DNA of 63,461 nucleotides, counting the filler, from Candidatus Babelota bacterium (GTDB lineage Bacteria > JAGOBX01): the NCBI GenBank assembly GCA_017999075.1. It is 8 parts of 8 records of this genome, joined end to end, with 100 filler letters (N's around TTAATTAATTAA, not from the genome) between each part and the next. Parts side by side here need not be neighbours in the genome. Positions count along the whole stretch, not along the records: positions 3,404 to 18,883 come from JAGOBX010000024.1; 7 more parts are not named here. One strand, 5' to 3'. The position numbers were made by a program, and so were the translations under genes. Below the pieces are notes generated by a model. That model did not search any database and was not told the DNA's origin. It worked only from the letters and a program-made list of their open reading frames with translations. Below, in pieces: positions 8,214 through 18,255 of the stretch. Each line of letters opens with the position of its first letter. Positions within the stretch are counted from its first letter, which is position 1.

Positions 8214-10422
8214 ATTTATTTTGATTTTATTTATTTTATTTTCAGGTGCAGTATTTTTATTACTTCCTGAAATTATAAGATTTGTTGTTATAGATAAAGC
8301 AGAATATTTATTGAAACGCGATGTTGAGATTAAAGATATTGATTTTAATGTTTTTAAAAGAAATTTGAAAATTGACGGATTAACAATTTACGAACCAGAT
8401 AAAAAAAATACGCTGCTTAATATAAAAAGGATAAATATAAATTTTAATTTATCAAAACTTATCAATAAAAATATATTTGTTTATAAAATAGATTTTTTTT
8501 ATCCTGTTATTAATGTTAAACAAATTGAAAATAAATTCAATTTTGATGATATTGTCGAATTTGTTAAAAATCAGATGAAAGATTCTGATACTCAATTAGA
8601 ATATATTTTGAGGAATATTAGAATTACCGGCGGAATTGTAAATTATATTAATCCTGTTTTCGAAAATAAAATTATCATATCAGGAATTAATTATGTTATA
8701 CCTGAATATTCAGATAAAACAGATACTGTTCATTCGAATATTTGTTTAAGTTTAGAAAAGATTGGAAAAACAATAATTGATATTGATTTGAATAAAAAAA
8801 CATCTGATTTTTTTGGATATATAAAATTGTCTGATTTTCGTATTGACGAAACTCAAAAAATAATTAATCGTTTTATAAAATCAGGATTGTCTGTTTCAGG
8901 GGCATTATCTTCCGACTTTTCTTTTATAGGCACATTCAACCCTTTTTCACTTAAAATAAAAGGAAATACTCATATAAAAAAAATGAAAATTGTTGATTGC
9001 GATTATCATAAAAAAATAATAAGTTCTGAAAATTTGCATATTGAAATTTCTGATATACGGTTTCCGGAAAATATAATAATTGCAGATTCTTTTGCAGCGG
9101 ACAATGTTGACATCAGCATAGAACTATTTGATAAAAATAAAACTAATATAGATAACGTTACGTCTTTTTTTAAAGATATAAAAACAGGAGATAAGACAGT
9201 TAAACCCGAGTATAATTTCATTTTAAAGAAAATGGATATATGTAATTCTTCAATTACATTCGCTGATTTTAATTTTAAAACCCCTTTGTTTTACAGGATA
9301 CAAAATATTGTTTGTAAAATTGAAAATTTAAATCAGAAAAATGATAAGGCATATGAGTTGTTTTTTACGGGGAATACTGATAATAAAGATCAAATTAAGG
9401 CAAAGTTAGAATTAGATTTGTCAGACAGGCTTGGAATAATTTGCGATATAAAATTGAAAAATTTTAATTCACAGAATATTTCCAGGTATTTTGAGAAATA
9501 TACAGGATACAGTTTGTTATCCGGAAAAATTAATTTTAATGTTTCCGGAAAAATGACTGGGAAAAATATAAATCTTGATAATCAGGTAAATTTAGATAAA
9601 ATTATAATAGACGAAAATACAGTAAGCGGAATAAAACCTTCATTTCCTTTAAAAAATTCTTTTTCCAATCTTGAAGACGATAAAGGACAAGTAAACCTCC
9701 GTTTGCCTGTAAAAGGAAATTTTTCCGATCCTGCATTTAATTTAACAGGAACCCTGATAACATTAGCTGTTAATTCAGCTATGCAGGCTCCTAAATCTCC
9801 GCTGTCGTTTTTTTCAGGGTTTCTTAAGAAAAATCAGAATATTAACAATGAAAAAAGTATTTCATTGGAGTCAATAGATTTTTTGCCGTATGATTTTATT
9901 CAGACAGAAGTTGAAAATTATCAGAAGAGAATTTTGAATAAGTTTTTTTCCGGAGAGTTAATAAATAAAGTTTCTTCTGTAAAATTTTTTCAAAAAAATA
10001 ATTTTGAAATTGAAAAAAATATTGTTATAAAAAATGCGGCAAAAGAAAAATTTTACAGGATTAAAAATAATATAGACGAAAACAGAAAATTGCTTCAGAA
10101 AGAAATTATTGAAATTTCAAATATAAAGGAGACAGATAAAGAATTTATTGATTACATCCTGAAAAGTCAGCCTGAAAATATCAATAAGCTAAATATTGAT
10201 TTTATTGAAGGATGTTCAAACGTGGTTGATTTAGATGAAATTGAAAAAAAAGTTTTTAGCATTGCAGATAAAAGATATTCTAATTTAAAAAAATATATTG
10301 AAACTAATTTTAAATCATTTTCCAAAAAAATTATTTTTGAAAAAAAAGATTTGTATTCGAAAGAGGAAAAAAATGATTCGGTTTGCGGATTTGAAATAAA
10401 ACCTCAATTTCCTGTCAGATGA
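8200..10422 (+). CDS. DUF748 / AsmA-like envelope protein
   Basis: N-terminal TM anchor, repeated beta-rich segments, NKFNFDDI, LEDDKGQVNLRLPVKGNFSDPAF motif. Confidence 0.75.
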   Translation: MKKIKFILILFILFSGAVFLLLPEIIRFVVIDKAEYLLKRDVEIKDIDFNVFKRNLKIDGLTIYEPDKKNTLLNIKRININFNLSKLINKNIFVYKIDFFYPVINVKQIENKFNFDDIVEFVKNQMKDSDTQLEYILRNIRITGGIVNYINPVFENKIIISGINYVIPEYSDKTDTVHSNICLSLEKIGKTIIDIDLNKKTSDFFGYIKLSDFRIDETQKIINRFIKSGLSVSGALSSDFSFIGTFNPFSLKIKGNTHIKKMKIVDCDYHKKIISSENLHIEISDIRFPENIIIADSFAADNVDISIELFDKNKTNIDNVTSFFKDIKTGDKTVKPEYNFILKKMDICNSSITFADFNFKTPLFYRIQNIVCKIENLNQKNDKAYELFFTGNTDNKDQIKAKLELDLSDRLGIICDIKLKNFNSQNISRYFEKYTGYSLLSGKINFNVSGKMTGKNINLDNQVNLDKIIIDENTVSGIKPSFPLKNSFSNLEDDKGQVNLRLPVKGNFSDPAFNLTGTLITLAVNSAMQAPKSPLSFFSGFLKKNQNINNEKSISLESIDFLPYDFIQTEVENYQKRILNKFFSGELINKVSSVKFFQKNNFEIEKNIVIKNAAKEKFYRIKNNIDENRKLLQKEIIEISNIKETDKEFIDYILKSQPENINKLNIDFIEGCSNVVDLDEIEKKVFSIADKRYSNLKKYIETNFKSFSKKIIFEKKDLYSKEEKNDSVCGFEIKPQFPVR

Positions 10423-10659
10423 ATTTATAAGTATAAATCTACATTATATATATTATTAAAGCCTCGGCAGAACCTTTTTCTATTTAATTTTAATAAGAAA
10501 TAAATGCATAATAAGTAAAAAATACTTTACATCGGCTTTATAATAAGTGAAAAATAATAATTTTAATATTTTGATAATAAAAAAGATAAGTTTTAGTATT
10601 ATTATTATATTAAAATTTGCATACTACAAGGTACAAATATAAAAATATTCAAAAAAAAT

Positions 10660-10848
10660 ATGAAAATATTAAAATTATTTTTTATAATTTATTTTATAAA
10701 TATCAATAATGTTTACGCATATATTGACCCTGGCAGCAGTTCATATATTTATCAATTTTTAATAGCCGGGATATTCGGCGTATTTTATATGTTTAAACAA
10801 AAAATGAAAAATTTGCTGAAAGTAATAAAAAAATTTTTTATTAAATAA
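10660..10848 (+). CDS. Small membrane peptide with signal-like N-terminus and AYIDPG motif
   Basis: MKILKLFFIIYFININNVYA|YIDPGSSSYIYQFLIAG, then a hydrophobic segment and a basic tail; immediately precedes the methyltransferase gene. Confidence 0.75.
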   Translation: MKILKLFFIIYFININNVYAYIDPGSSSYIYQFLIAGIFGVFYMFKQKMKNLLKVIKKFFIK

Positions 10849-10878
10849 ATCGGGCTAGTTAACAACCAATAAAAATGG

Positions 10879-12282
10879 ATGGAAACCGGACAAGACGAAG
10901 AAATAGTTTCATTTAGAGATCCAGACGGATATATTTTTATATCTAATGGAGAAATATACAGACAGGTTAATAATTGTTATAAAATTAACTATGACAGACT
11001 GATGTCTTCAGGATTATATGAAACCCTCACGAGTTTAAATTTATTAATTCCTCACATAGAAGAATATGAATTTGAGTATTCAAAAAAGAATGATTCATAT
11101 AAAGTTCTTAAACCTGAAAAAATTAACGTAATTGCATATCCGTTTGAATTATGTTTCAGCCAGCTCAAAGATTCGGCTTTGGCTGTTTTGAACATAATGG
11201 AAAAATCATTAAGTTATGATATGATTCTAAAAGATGCATCTTCGTATAATGTGCAATTTCATAATGGGCTTCCTGTTTTTATAGATACTTTATCTTTTGA
11301 AATTTATAATGAAGGAGAACCATGGATAGGTTATCATCAATTTTGCAAACATTATATTGCTCCTCTGTGTTTGATGAGATATCTGGATGGAAGAGCAAAT
11401 AAACTGCTTCAGGTTAATTTGGACGGATTGCCTCTTGATTTATGTTCGAAATTTCTTCCTGTTAAATCGTATTTTAGTAAACTTGCTTTTATTCATATAC
11501 ATTTGAACTATAAATTAGGAACCTTCCTATCGAATGTTAAATCATTGAATTCGTCATTATCATCAATAAAAATCAGTAAGGACTCATTATTGTCATTAAT
11601 TCGGAATTTAAAAAAATATATTGAAAATACTAAATTGAAAGAAAAAAGTGTTAAATCAGTCTGGGAAAATTATTATGAAACTTCTAATTATAGTGAATCT
11701 GAATTTGAAATCAAAAAACAAATTGTGAAAAATATGGTCGATAAAATTAAATCAGATGCATCAAATTCGCTTGATATAGGAGCAAACACAGGAGTTTTCA
11801 GCAGACTGCTTGCGAATTCAGGAATATTTACAGTATCAATAGATAATGATATGAATTGCATAGAGCAGAACTATATTCAAATGAAATCCGAAAATATTAG
11901 AAATCTGGTTCCGCTGAATTTTGATTTTGTTAACATATATTCAAGAACAGGATGGGCAGGGAAAGAGCAGTTATCATTGTTAGACAGATTTAAACCTGAT
12001 TTATGTTTAGCTCTTGCTGTAACACATCATTTACGGATAACATCAGGGATACCATTAATGATGCTTGCAGATTTATTTCAAAAAATCTGCAAGTATTTGA
12101 TTATTGAATTTGTTCCTAAATCAGATAAACAAACAGCAAGTTTATTAAAATTCAGAAAAGATATTTATTATGATTATTCCCAATTTACTTTTGAAGCATC
12201 ATTCAGCAGGCATTTTAAAATTTTGCAGAATGAAACAATCGGAAACACAGGAAGAATAATATATCTTATGCAGAAATATTAG
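10879..12282 (+). CDS. NoeA-like protein: N-terminal kinase-like domain plus class I SAM methyltransferase
   Basis: SFRDPDG start, LKDASSYNVQF and FIDTLSF motifs, SAM motif LDIGANTG, LALAVTHHL, IIEFVPK. Confidence 0.75.
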   Translation: METGQDEEIVSFRDPDGYIFISNGEIYRQVNNCYKINYDRLMSSGLYETLTSLNLLIPHIEEYEFEYSKKNDSYKVLKPEKINVIAYPFELCFSQLKDSALAVLNIMEKSLSYDMILKDASSYNVQFHNGLPVFIDTLSFEIYNEGEPWIGYHQFCKHYIAPLCLMRYLDGRANKLLQVNLDGLPLDLCSKFLPVKSYFSKLAFIHIHLNYKLGTFLSNVKSLNSSLSSIKISKDSLLSLIRNLKKYIENTKLKEKSVKSVWENYYETSNYSESEFEIKKQIVKNMVDKIKSDASNSLDIGANTGVFSRLLANSGIFTVSIDNDMNCIEQNYIQMKSENIRNLVPLNFDFVNIYSRTGWAGKEQLSLLDRFKPDLCLALAVTHHLRITSGIPLMMLADLFQKICKYLIIEFVPKSDKQTASLLKFRKDIYYDYSQFTFEASFSRHFKILQNETIGNTGRIIYLMQKY

Positions 12283-12337
12283 TTTCAATCTACAATATTA
12301 AATTAAATCGAAAATAATTAGGTAATATAAAAATAAG

Positions 12338-13903
12338 ATGTTAGATAAGATAATCCTGTATTTTAAAGAAAATTATATAATATATATATATTCGGTTATA
12401 CCTATATTCTTTTTATATTCAATGAATATATACGAAGTTTCTTTTTTTCAAATTGTCAGGTCTGTTATAATAACTGCTGCAGCAGTTTTTATTTTAAATA
12501 TTTTAATATCTTCATTTTTAAATATTAAATCAGAAAAACAAACAGTAATATTTATAATTCTTATAATTGCATTTTTTTCATTCGGTCATATTGAAAATAT
12601 TCTGTTTGAATATTTTGAAGGAACCTACTTTATGGAAAAGGTTCCCCTTATATGGACATTACTTGTAATACTGATCTGTTTTTTAACTGGCTTTTTTTGT
12701 AATACAAAAAGTATTTTTGTGGTAAAAAAAATTATGGTAAACACAGGAATATTTTTGTTTTTTATAATTTTGTATAATATTACGGCGAAAACATTAGTAT
12801 GGACGGAACATAAGGAAAATTATAGTTATTTAAATAATATAAAATCATATTCCCGGAAAATTTCTGAAAAAACGTATAAACCGAATATTTTTTTTATAAT
12901 TTTAGACGCATATCCAAGAGAAGACATTTTAAATAAAATTTTTAATTATGACAACAGCGATATAATTGAATATTTGAAATCAAAGGGATTTTATTGCGCG
13001 CCGAAATCAATGAGTAATTATCAATCAACGCATTTAAGCATGCGGAGTATGTTTGGTATGCAGATTGTCCGTGACTGGAATGAACTGAGAGATCAAAATA
13101 TATTTAATGAAGAATATACAATGAAATATATTTTAAGGTCAAAAACAATCGAATTTTTAAAATCAATAGGATATACTTACGCGGCATTCTCGCCGAATAT
13201 TGGAATGGGAGACTGGACTGTAGCAGATTATATAATCAAAACCAATATAAAATTTTCATTAAATTATTTTGAATACATACTGATGAACAATACGATGATG
13301 TCATTAGTTTGGAAATTCAAAGACGGGTTTAAAATGTGCAGGAGAAAAAATTTAAATCAGTTATCAGATTTGGCGAGTCATAAAATGTTTAAGATACCTC
13401 AGCCATTTTTTTTGTATGCTCATATATCAGCGCCTCACCCTCCGTTTGTATTTGATGAAAACGGGGATTGGATAGAACTTAATCGAAACTGGATAGATGG
13501 TGAGGGAATAATAGGCAAGCTCATAAATCAGGAAGAATACAGAAAACTGTTTGTTAATGAGGTTAAATACATAAATAAACAGTTAATAAAAATTGTGGAA
13601 AACTTGTTCGGTATGAAAGATAAGCCAGTAATAATTATTATGGGAGATCATGGCAGCAGATCAATTACAGACAGGAATGATCCATATTTTGCAAAAGAAA
13701 AAGTTTATAATTTTTTTTCTGTGTATCTGCCAGAAAAAAAAACGGCAGAAATTTTTTATGAAAACGTTACAGCTGTAAATGTTTTTCCATTAATCTTTAA
13801 CGCGTATTTTGATGCTGGTTTTTCTATGCTTCAGGATAAATCATATTTTTATTACTCCGATATTACCCAGAAGGATTTTTCGAAATATGTTATTTTAGAA
13901 TAA
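12338..13903 (+). CDS. Membrane-anchored sulfatase-like / LTA synthase-fold (alkaline phosphatase superfamily) protein
   Basis: About 5 N-terminal TMs; PNIFFIILDAY, SNYQSTHLS (Thr nucleophile position), PHPPF, MGDHG. Confidence 0.8.
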   Translation: MLDKIILYFKENYIIYIYSVIPIFFLYSMNIYEVSFFQIVRSVIITAAAVFILNILISSFLNIKSEKQTVIFIILIIAFFSFGHIENILFEYFEGTYFMEKVPLIWTLLVILICFLTGFFCNTKSIFVVKKIMVNTGIFLFFIILYNITAKTLVWTEHKENYSYLNNIKSYSRKISEKTYKPNIFFIILDAYPREDILNKIFNYDNSDIIEYLKSKGFYCAPKSMSNYQSTHLSMRSMFGMQIVRDWNELRDQNIFNEEYTMKYILRSKTIEFLKSIGYTYAAFSPNIGMGDWTVADYIIKTNIKFSLNYFEYILMNNTMMSLVWKFKDGFKMCRRKNLNQLSDLASHKMFKIPQPFFLYAHISAPHPPFVFDENGDWIELNRNWIDGEGIIGKLINQEEYRKLFVNEVKYINKQLIKIVENLFGMKDKPVIIIMGDHGSRSITDRNDPYFAKEKVYNFFSVYLPEKKTAEIFYENVTAVNVFPLIFNAYFDAGFSMLQDKSYFYYSDITQKDFSKYVILE

Positions 13904-14006
13904 AAAATCATTTATTCTTGATTTTATTCTTAAATCAGTTAAACTTATTTATAAATGGGATCATTTTAAAATTCAGGAAAATCATTGAATATTACTTTAT
14001 TGTTAT

Positions 14007-14909
14007 ATGAAAATAAAAAATAGGTTTATATTTGTTCTCATAGTATTTTTTATTATGTTATTATCTGCGGCAGGTTTTGCTGTTTATTTGACAAAAGGAA
14101 TAGATTTTCCCTTTATTACAATGAGATACATTCAGAATAAAATTGAATTTAATTCTTTTGAAACTATCAATTATAATATGCCTGTTTCTGAATATTCTTC
14201 AAAATATATTAAAAAATATTTTGAAAAAATTAATATCAGTTGGGAAAAAGAAGAAGATGTTATTTTTGTTATAAACGAGTTTGTCAGGAAACATTTAAAA
14301 CCTGAAAACAATGATTTAAACAGTTTAGACGATATTTTTATTACAGCGGAAAACGGCTCGGAATATAATGCGATTTGTTCCGGATACAGTCAGTTGACTT
14401 GCGCAGTAGCACAAACACTTGGATTTAAATCACGGGTAATATGGATGCGCGGCCATACTGTCAGCGAAATTTATTTTGAAAAGACAGGATGGATAATGAT
14501 AGATACAAACGGAAATTTAATGTTTAAAAACAAAAATAACGGGTTGCCCGGCTGTTTGATAGACATCATTTTTGAATTTGAAAATTTTATTCCTGTAAGG
14601 ATAAGTAATGAAATGGCAGGAAACGATTATGATTATATAAAAATGAAAAATACATGGATTTACAGAAATAATCCGGTTATTGTAGTTATTGAAAATTCAA
14701 ATTTGCTTTCTTTTACATCGAACAGCAGAAATCCTGTTAAAGTTTTACAATATTTATTTGGAAAAGAGATTGCAAACGGCATTCAGTTTTTTCATAAAGG
14801 CGGCTCAAAATTAGGGAATCAGAGATATAATGTTATTATTTTTTTATTTTGGGAAATTTTATTGGCTGCATCAGCAGTAATAATTTTTTTAAGGAAACGC
14901 CGTGTATAA
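14007..14909 (+). CDS. Transglutaminase-like domain protein with N- and C-terminal TM segments
   Basis: AICSGYS...LGFKSR...GHTVSE...WIMID gives a Cys-His-Asp triad; C-terminal TM followed by RKRR. Confidence 0.75.
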   Translation: MKIKNRFIFVLIVFFIMLLSAAGFAVYLTKGIDFPFITMRYIQNKIEFNSFETINYNMPVSEYSSKYIKKYFEKINISWEKEEDVIFVINEFVRKHLKPENNDLNSLDDIFITAENGSEYNAICSGYSQLTCAVAQTLGFKSRVIWMRGHTVSEIYFEKTGWIMIDTNGNLMFKNKNNGLPGCLIDIIFEFENFIPVRISNEMAGNDYDYIKMKNTWIYRNNPVIVVIENSNLLSFTSNSRNPVKVLQYLFGKEIANGIQFFHKGGSKLGNQRYNVIIFLFWEILLAASAVIIFLRKRRV

Positions 14910-14945
14910 TCTTATTTTTAATTTTTATTATTTAAAATAATATTA

Positions 14946-16142
14946 ATGGATTCAACTAATTTTGAAATAGTATTTTATTACAACGGAAATAATTTATATT
15001 CAATATCAAAACTTGCGGCAATTTTTATTAACACAGAATATGAATCGAATGTTAAAGTTGTTTCATATAAAACAGGACCGCTAAAATACGCAGAACTGAA
15101 TAAAAACAAATTATTATTTTTCCTTTTTTCATTTACTACTCCGGACAGTTTTTCAATATTTGATACAGTAAAAGAATTGAAAAGATTTAAAAATATAATT
15201 TTATTAGCCGGCGGACCTCATAGCACTGCGCTTCCTGAAAATAGTTTGAGAAACGGATTTGATTATGTTTTCCGCGGCGAAGCAGAAACTACTCTTATGA
15301 GGTTTTTTAAAGATTATTTTGATTGTAAATTTATTTCAACAATAATAAGTAATAGTGATATTATAGATATAAACCACTATCCTCCTTTTGCATATAATTT
15401 GAATTTAATAACTCCAATTGAAATTATGCGGGGCTGCTGCAATAATTGTAAATATTGCCAGACTCCAAAATTGTTTTCTTCTATTAAATACCGGGAACCT
15501 GATTCTATAGAAAAATATTTGAAATATTACGGGTTATTAAGAGGTAGATATGTTAATTTTTCTGCGCCGGTGGGAAATTTTTATTTTAATTGCGATTTGG
15601 ATAAATTAGGCGCGTTATTTGAAAAAGTAAAATTGAATACTGATCTTAAGCTGTGTTTCGGTCATTTTCCTTCAGAGCTGCATCCTAAATTTATTACGGA
15701 AGGTTTATTGAAATTAATGAAATTATATTGTGATAATAAAAAAATTTCGATTGGTTTTCAAAGCGGAAGCCAGAAAATATTGGATGATATAAACAGGCAC
15801 ATATCTGTTCAGGAAATGGTTGAAAAAGTTAAGATTTCGAATGCTTATGGATTTACACCGATAATAGATTTTATATTCGGACTTCCTAAAGAAACAAAAG
15901 AAGACCGCGCTATTAGCAGAGAATTAATTGTTGATTTATGTAAAAAATATGAAGTTTTGATTCACCCGCACATATATATTCCTCTTCCTGATACGGAATA
16001 CTGGTTATTGGAACCGACAGATCCAGAACCTGAATTTATGGATTTTTTAGAGGTTCAAACGAATTTAGGCGCAATAAAATTCAATTGGAGAAAACATATA
16101 AAAATGCGCAGACAAATAAAAGAACTGCGCGATAGTTTGTAA
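14946..16142 (+). CDS. B12-binding radical SAM protein (MJ_1487/TIGR04013-like)
   Basis: AGGPH, GEAE, PIEIMRGCCNNCKYCQTP (CX3CX2C), FPSE, GFQSGS, DFIFGLP. Confidence 0.8.
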   Translation: MDSTNFEIVFYYNGNNLYSISKLAAIFINTEYESNVKVVSYKTGPLKYAELNKNKLLFFLFSFTTPDSFSIFDTVKELKRFKNIILLAGGPHSTALPENSLRNGFDYVFRGEAETTLMRFFKDYFDCKFISTIISNSDIIDINHYPPFAYNLNLITPIEIMRGCCNNCKYCQTPKLFSSIKYREPDSIEKYLKYYGLLRGRYVNFSAPVGNFYFNCDLDKLGALFEKVKLNTDLKLCFGHFPSELHPKFITEGLLKLMKLYCDNKKISIGFQSGSQKILDDINRHISVQEMVEKVKISNAYGFTPIIDFIFGLPKETKEDRAISRELIVDLCKKYEVLIHPHIYIPLPDTEYWLLEPTDPEPEFMDFLEVQTNLGAIKFNWRKHIKMRRQIKELRDSL

Positions 16143-16171
16143 TTGACATTTAATTAAGCTTATAATATCAT
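16143..16171 (+). promoter_or_regulatory. Sigma70-like promoter TTGACA-17 nt-TATCAT
   Basis: Consensus -35 at 16143-16148 and -10 at 16166-16171, upstream of the WecA-like gene. A TATAAT at 16161 has non-optimal spacing. Confidence 0.5.
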
Positions 16172-16228
16172 TTCCCCCGAATAAAAATATTATATTATTC
16201 AGTTTAAGATATTTAATTTAAACACACT

Positions 16229-17374
16229 ATGGGAAATTATTCGAGATTATCATTATCACTTTTTAATTATATATCAATAGGCGTAATAGCTTTTATAATA
16301 TCATTTTCATTAACTCCGCTTATAAGATTTTTTTCATTAAAATTCGGGGTAGTGGATAAACCTGATTATGTGCGTAAACTGCATGATAAGCCGCGTGCTA
16401 TAATGGGCGGTCTTGCTATATACATAGCTTTTATTTCAACTGTTATATTCTGTTATTATTCCATAGAACCTTTTTATAAACTGATGCCATTTAAAAATTA
16501 TACAGGTCTGTTGATTGGATCTTTGCTAATGCTTATGATAGGTATGTTTGACGATATTTACAGCTTGACTCCTTTTTTAAAACTTTTTTTACAGATAGTT
16601 CCTGCGATAATTTTATTTTATTATGATTATAAAATTGATCTGTTAACGAATCCGATATCAGGCGAAACCATAAATCTTATTGAACCGGTAAGTTTTGGTT
16701 TGACAATAATCTGGGTAATATCATTGACTAATGCCATAAACCTTATTGACGGTATGGATGGACTTGCAATAGGCATAACAATAATAGGAAGCGCTACTTT
16801 ATTTATAATAGCTTTAAACAGAGGAACAGAAGATATAGTTTCGGCAATTTTAACAGTGTCTATTTTGGGAGCAGCGGCAGGATTTATAAAATATAATTTT
16901 CCTCCGGCTACAATTTTTATGGGAGATACAGGAAGTCTTGTAATAGGGTTTATTATGTCTGTAATAGGAATAACCGGTATAAATAAAAGCACTACAGCAA
17001 TTGCGTTAATGGTTCCTATAGCTGCGGTAGGGTTGCCTGTTTACGATACTTTATTTGCGATTTTACGAAGGACGAGGCGCGGGAATAAAATATTCAGCGC
17101 AGACTCTGAACATATTCACCACCGGTTATTAAAAGTAGGATTATCTCACAGGCAAACTTTGCTTTTGCTGTATGGATTAAGTTTATATTTTGGAGTTATT
17201 GCGTACGCATTTTTGAAAATTCCTAATCAAATGGCTTTGCTGCTTTTGATATTCTTTATATTCAGCATATTTGTTCTTGCATCATACTTGAGAAAAAAAG
17301 AAGTTAAGATATACATAAGGAAAAAAGAAGAATCTTTACGTAAAGAAACAGAAAATAATAGTAACGAAAAATAG
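16229..17374 (+). CDS. Undecaprenyl-phosphate GlcNAc-1-phosphate transferase (WecA/TagO, MraY-like family)
   Basis: Multi-TM; GMFDD, NAINLIDGMDGLA, FPPATIFMGDTG, DSEHIHHRL. Confidence 0.9.
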   Translation: MGNYSRLSLSLFNYISIGVIAFIISFSLTPLIRFFSLKFGVVDKPDYVRKLHDKPRAIMGGLAIYIAFISTVIFCYYSIEPFYKLMPFKNYTGLLIGSLLMLMIGMFDDIYSLTPFLKLFLQIVPAIILFYYDYKIDLLTNPISGETINLIEPVSFGLTIIWVISLTNAINLIDGMDGLAIGITIIGSATLFIIALNRGTEDIVSAILTVSILGAAAGFIKYNFPPATIFMGDTGSLVIGFIMSVIGITGINKSTTAIALMVPIAAVGLPVYDTLFAILRRTRRGNKIFSADSEHIHHRLLKVGLSHRQTLLLLYGLSLYFGVIAYAFLKIPNQMALLLLIFFIFSIFVLASYLRKKEVKIYIRKKEESLRKETENNSNEK

Positions 17375-17379
17375 GAAAA

Positions 17380-18255
17380 ATGTCTGGAAAAACTTTCTTT
17401 GATATTACTGGAAAATATGCGGAATTGAAAAATTCCAAATATGTGATAATATCTGCTCCGTTTGATGGCACAAGCACATGGAGAAAAGGCGCCGATAAAG
17501 GTCCTGCCGCTATATTTAAAGCATCACATTACGTCGAATTGTATGATATTGAAACAGGAGTTGAAGGTTATAAGAGCGGTATTTATACAGATACTGAGAA
17601 ACGTAATTTTTCTACTTCAAAATCAATGATTTCATCTTTGAAAAAAGCTGCGGCAAAATATATAAAAATGGGGAAAATACCTGTTGTTATAGGCGGAGAA
17701 CATTCTATATCAATAGGATCTGCTTCTGCAATATCTTCATTTTTTTCTGATTTTACTTTTTTGCAGTTAGATGCTCATTCTGATATGAGAGACGTTTATG
17801 AAGGTTCCAGTTATAATCATGCGTGTACAATGGCTCGTTTAAAAGAATTTGGAGATATAGTTCAGGTAGGCGTAAGGAGTATGGATCAATCTGAAATTAA
17901 AAAAATACAGGCTGACCGTATTTTTTTTGCGCATCAAATTTATAATGGCACAAACTGGATTGATTCGGTTGTAAAAAAACTTAATAGGAATGTGTATATA
18001 ACAATAGATTTAGATGTTTTTGATCCGTCAATAATGCCTTCAACAGGCACGCCTGAACCTGGAGGACTGGGTTGGTATCAGGTATGTGAACTTGTTAAAA
18101 CTGTATGTAAAAAACGAAATCTTATTGGTTTCGATATTACTGAATTATGTCCTGATGCAAATAAATCGTCTGATTTTTTAGCAGCTAAACTTATATATAC
18201 TATAATAAGTTACAATGAATCATTTTTTAATAGAAGGGAGAAAAATCTAAAATGA
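17380..18255 (+). CDS. speB: Agmatinase (ureohydrolase family)
   Basis: GGEHS, QLDAHSD, DLDVFDP, STGTPEPGG. Confidence 0.88.
   Translation: MSGKTFFDITGKYAELKNSKYVIISAPFDGTSTWRKGADKGPAAIFKASHYVELYDIETGVEGYKSGIYTDTEKRNFSTSKSMISSLKKAAAKYIKMGKIPVVIGGEHSISIGSASAISSFFSDFTFLQLDAHSDMRDVYEGSSYNHACTMARLKEFGDIVQVGVRSMDQSEIKKIQADRIFFAHQIYNGTNWIDSVVKKLNRNVYITIDLDVFDPSIMPSTGTPEPGGLGWYQVCELVKTVCKKRNLIGFDITELCPDANKSSDFLAAKLIYTIISYNESFFNRREKNLK

Noticed and set aside
10423-10659. Longest intergenic stretch, examined for an ncRNA or riboswitch
   Set aside because: Extremely AT-rich with only short AT palindromes and no recognisable structured RNA; probably a promoter region.
4203-12282. Possible general TAG readthrough or recoding
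   Set aside because: The TAG stops at 4205 and 12282 fall at the expected family C-termini. Only the case at 60023 looks premature.
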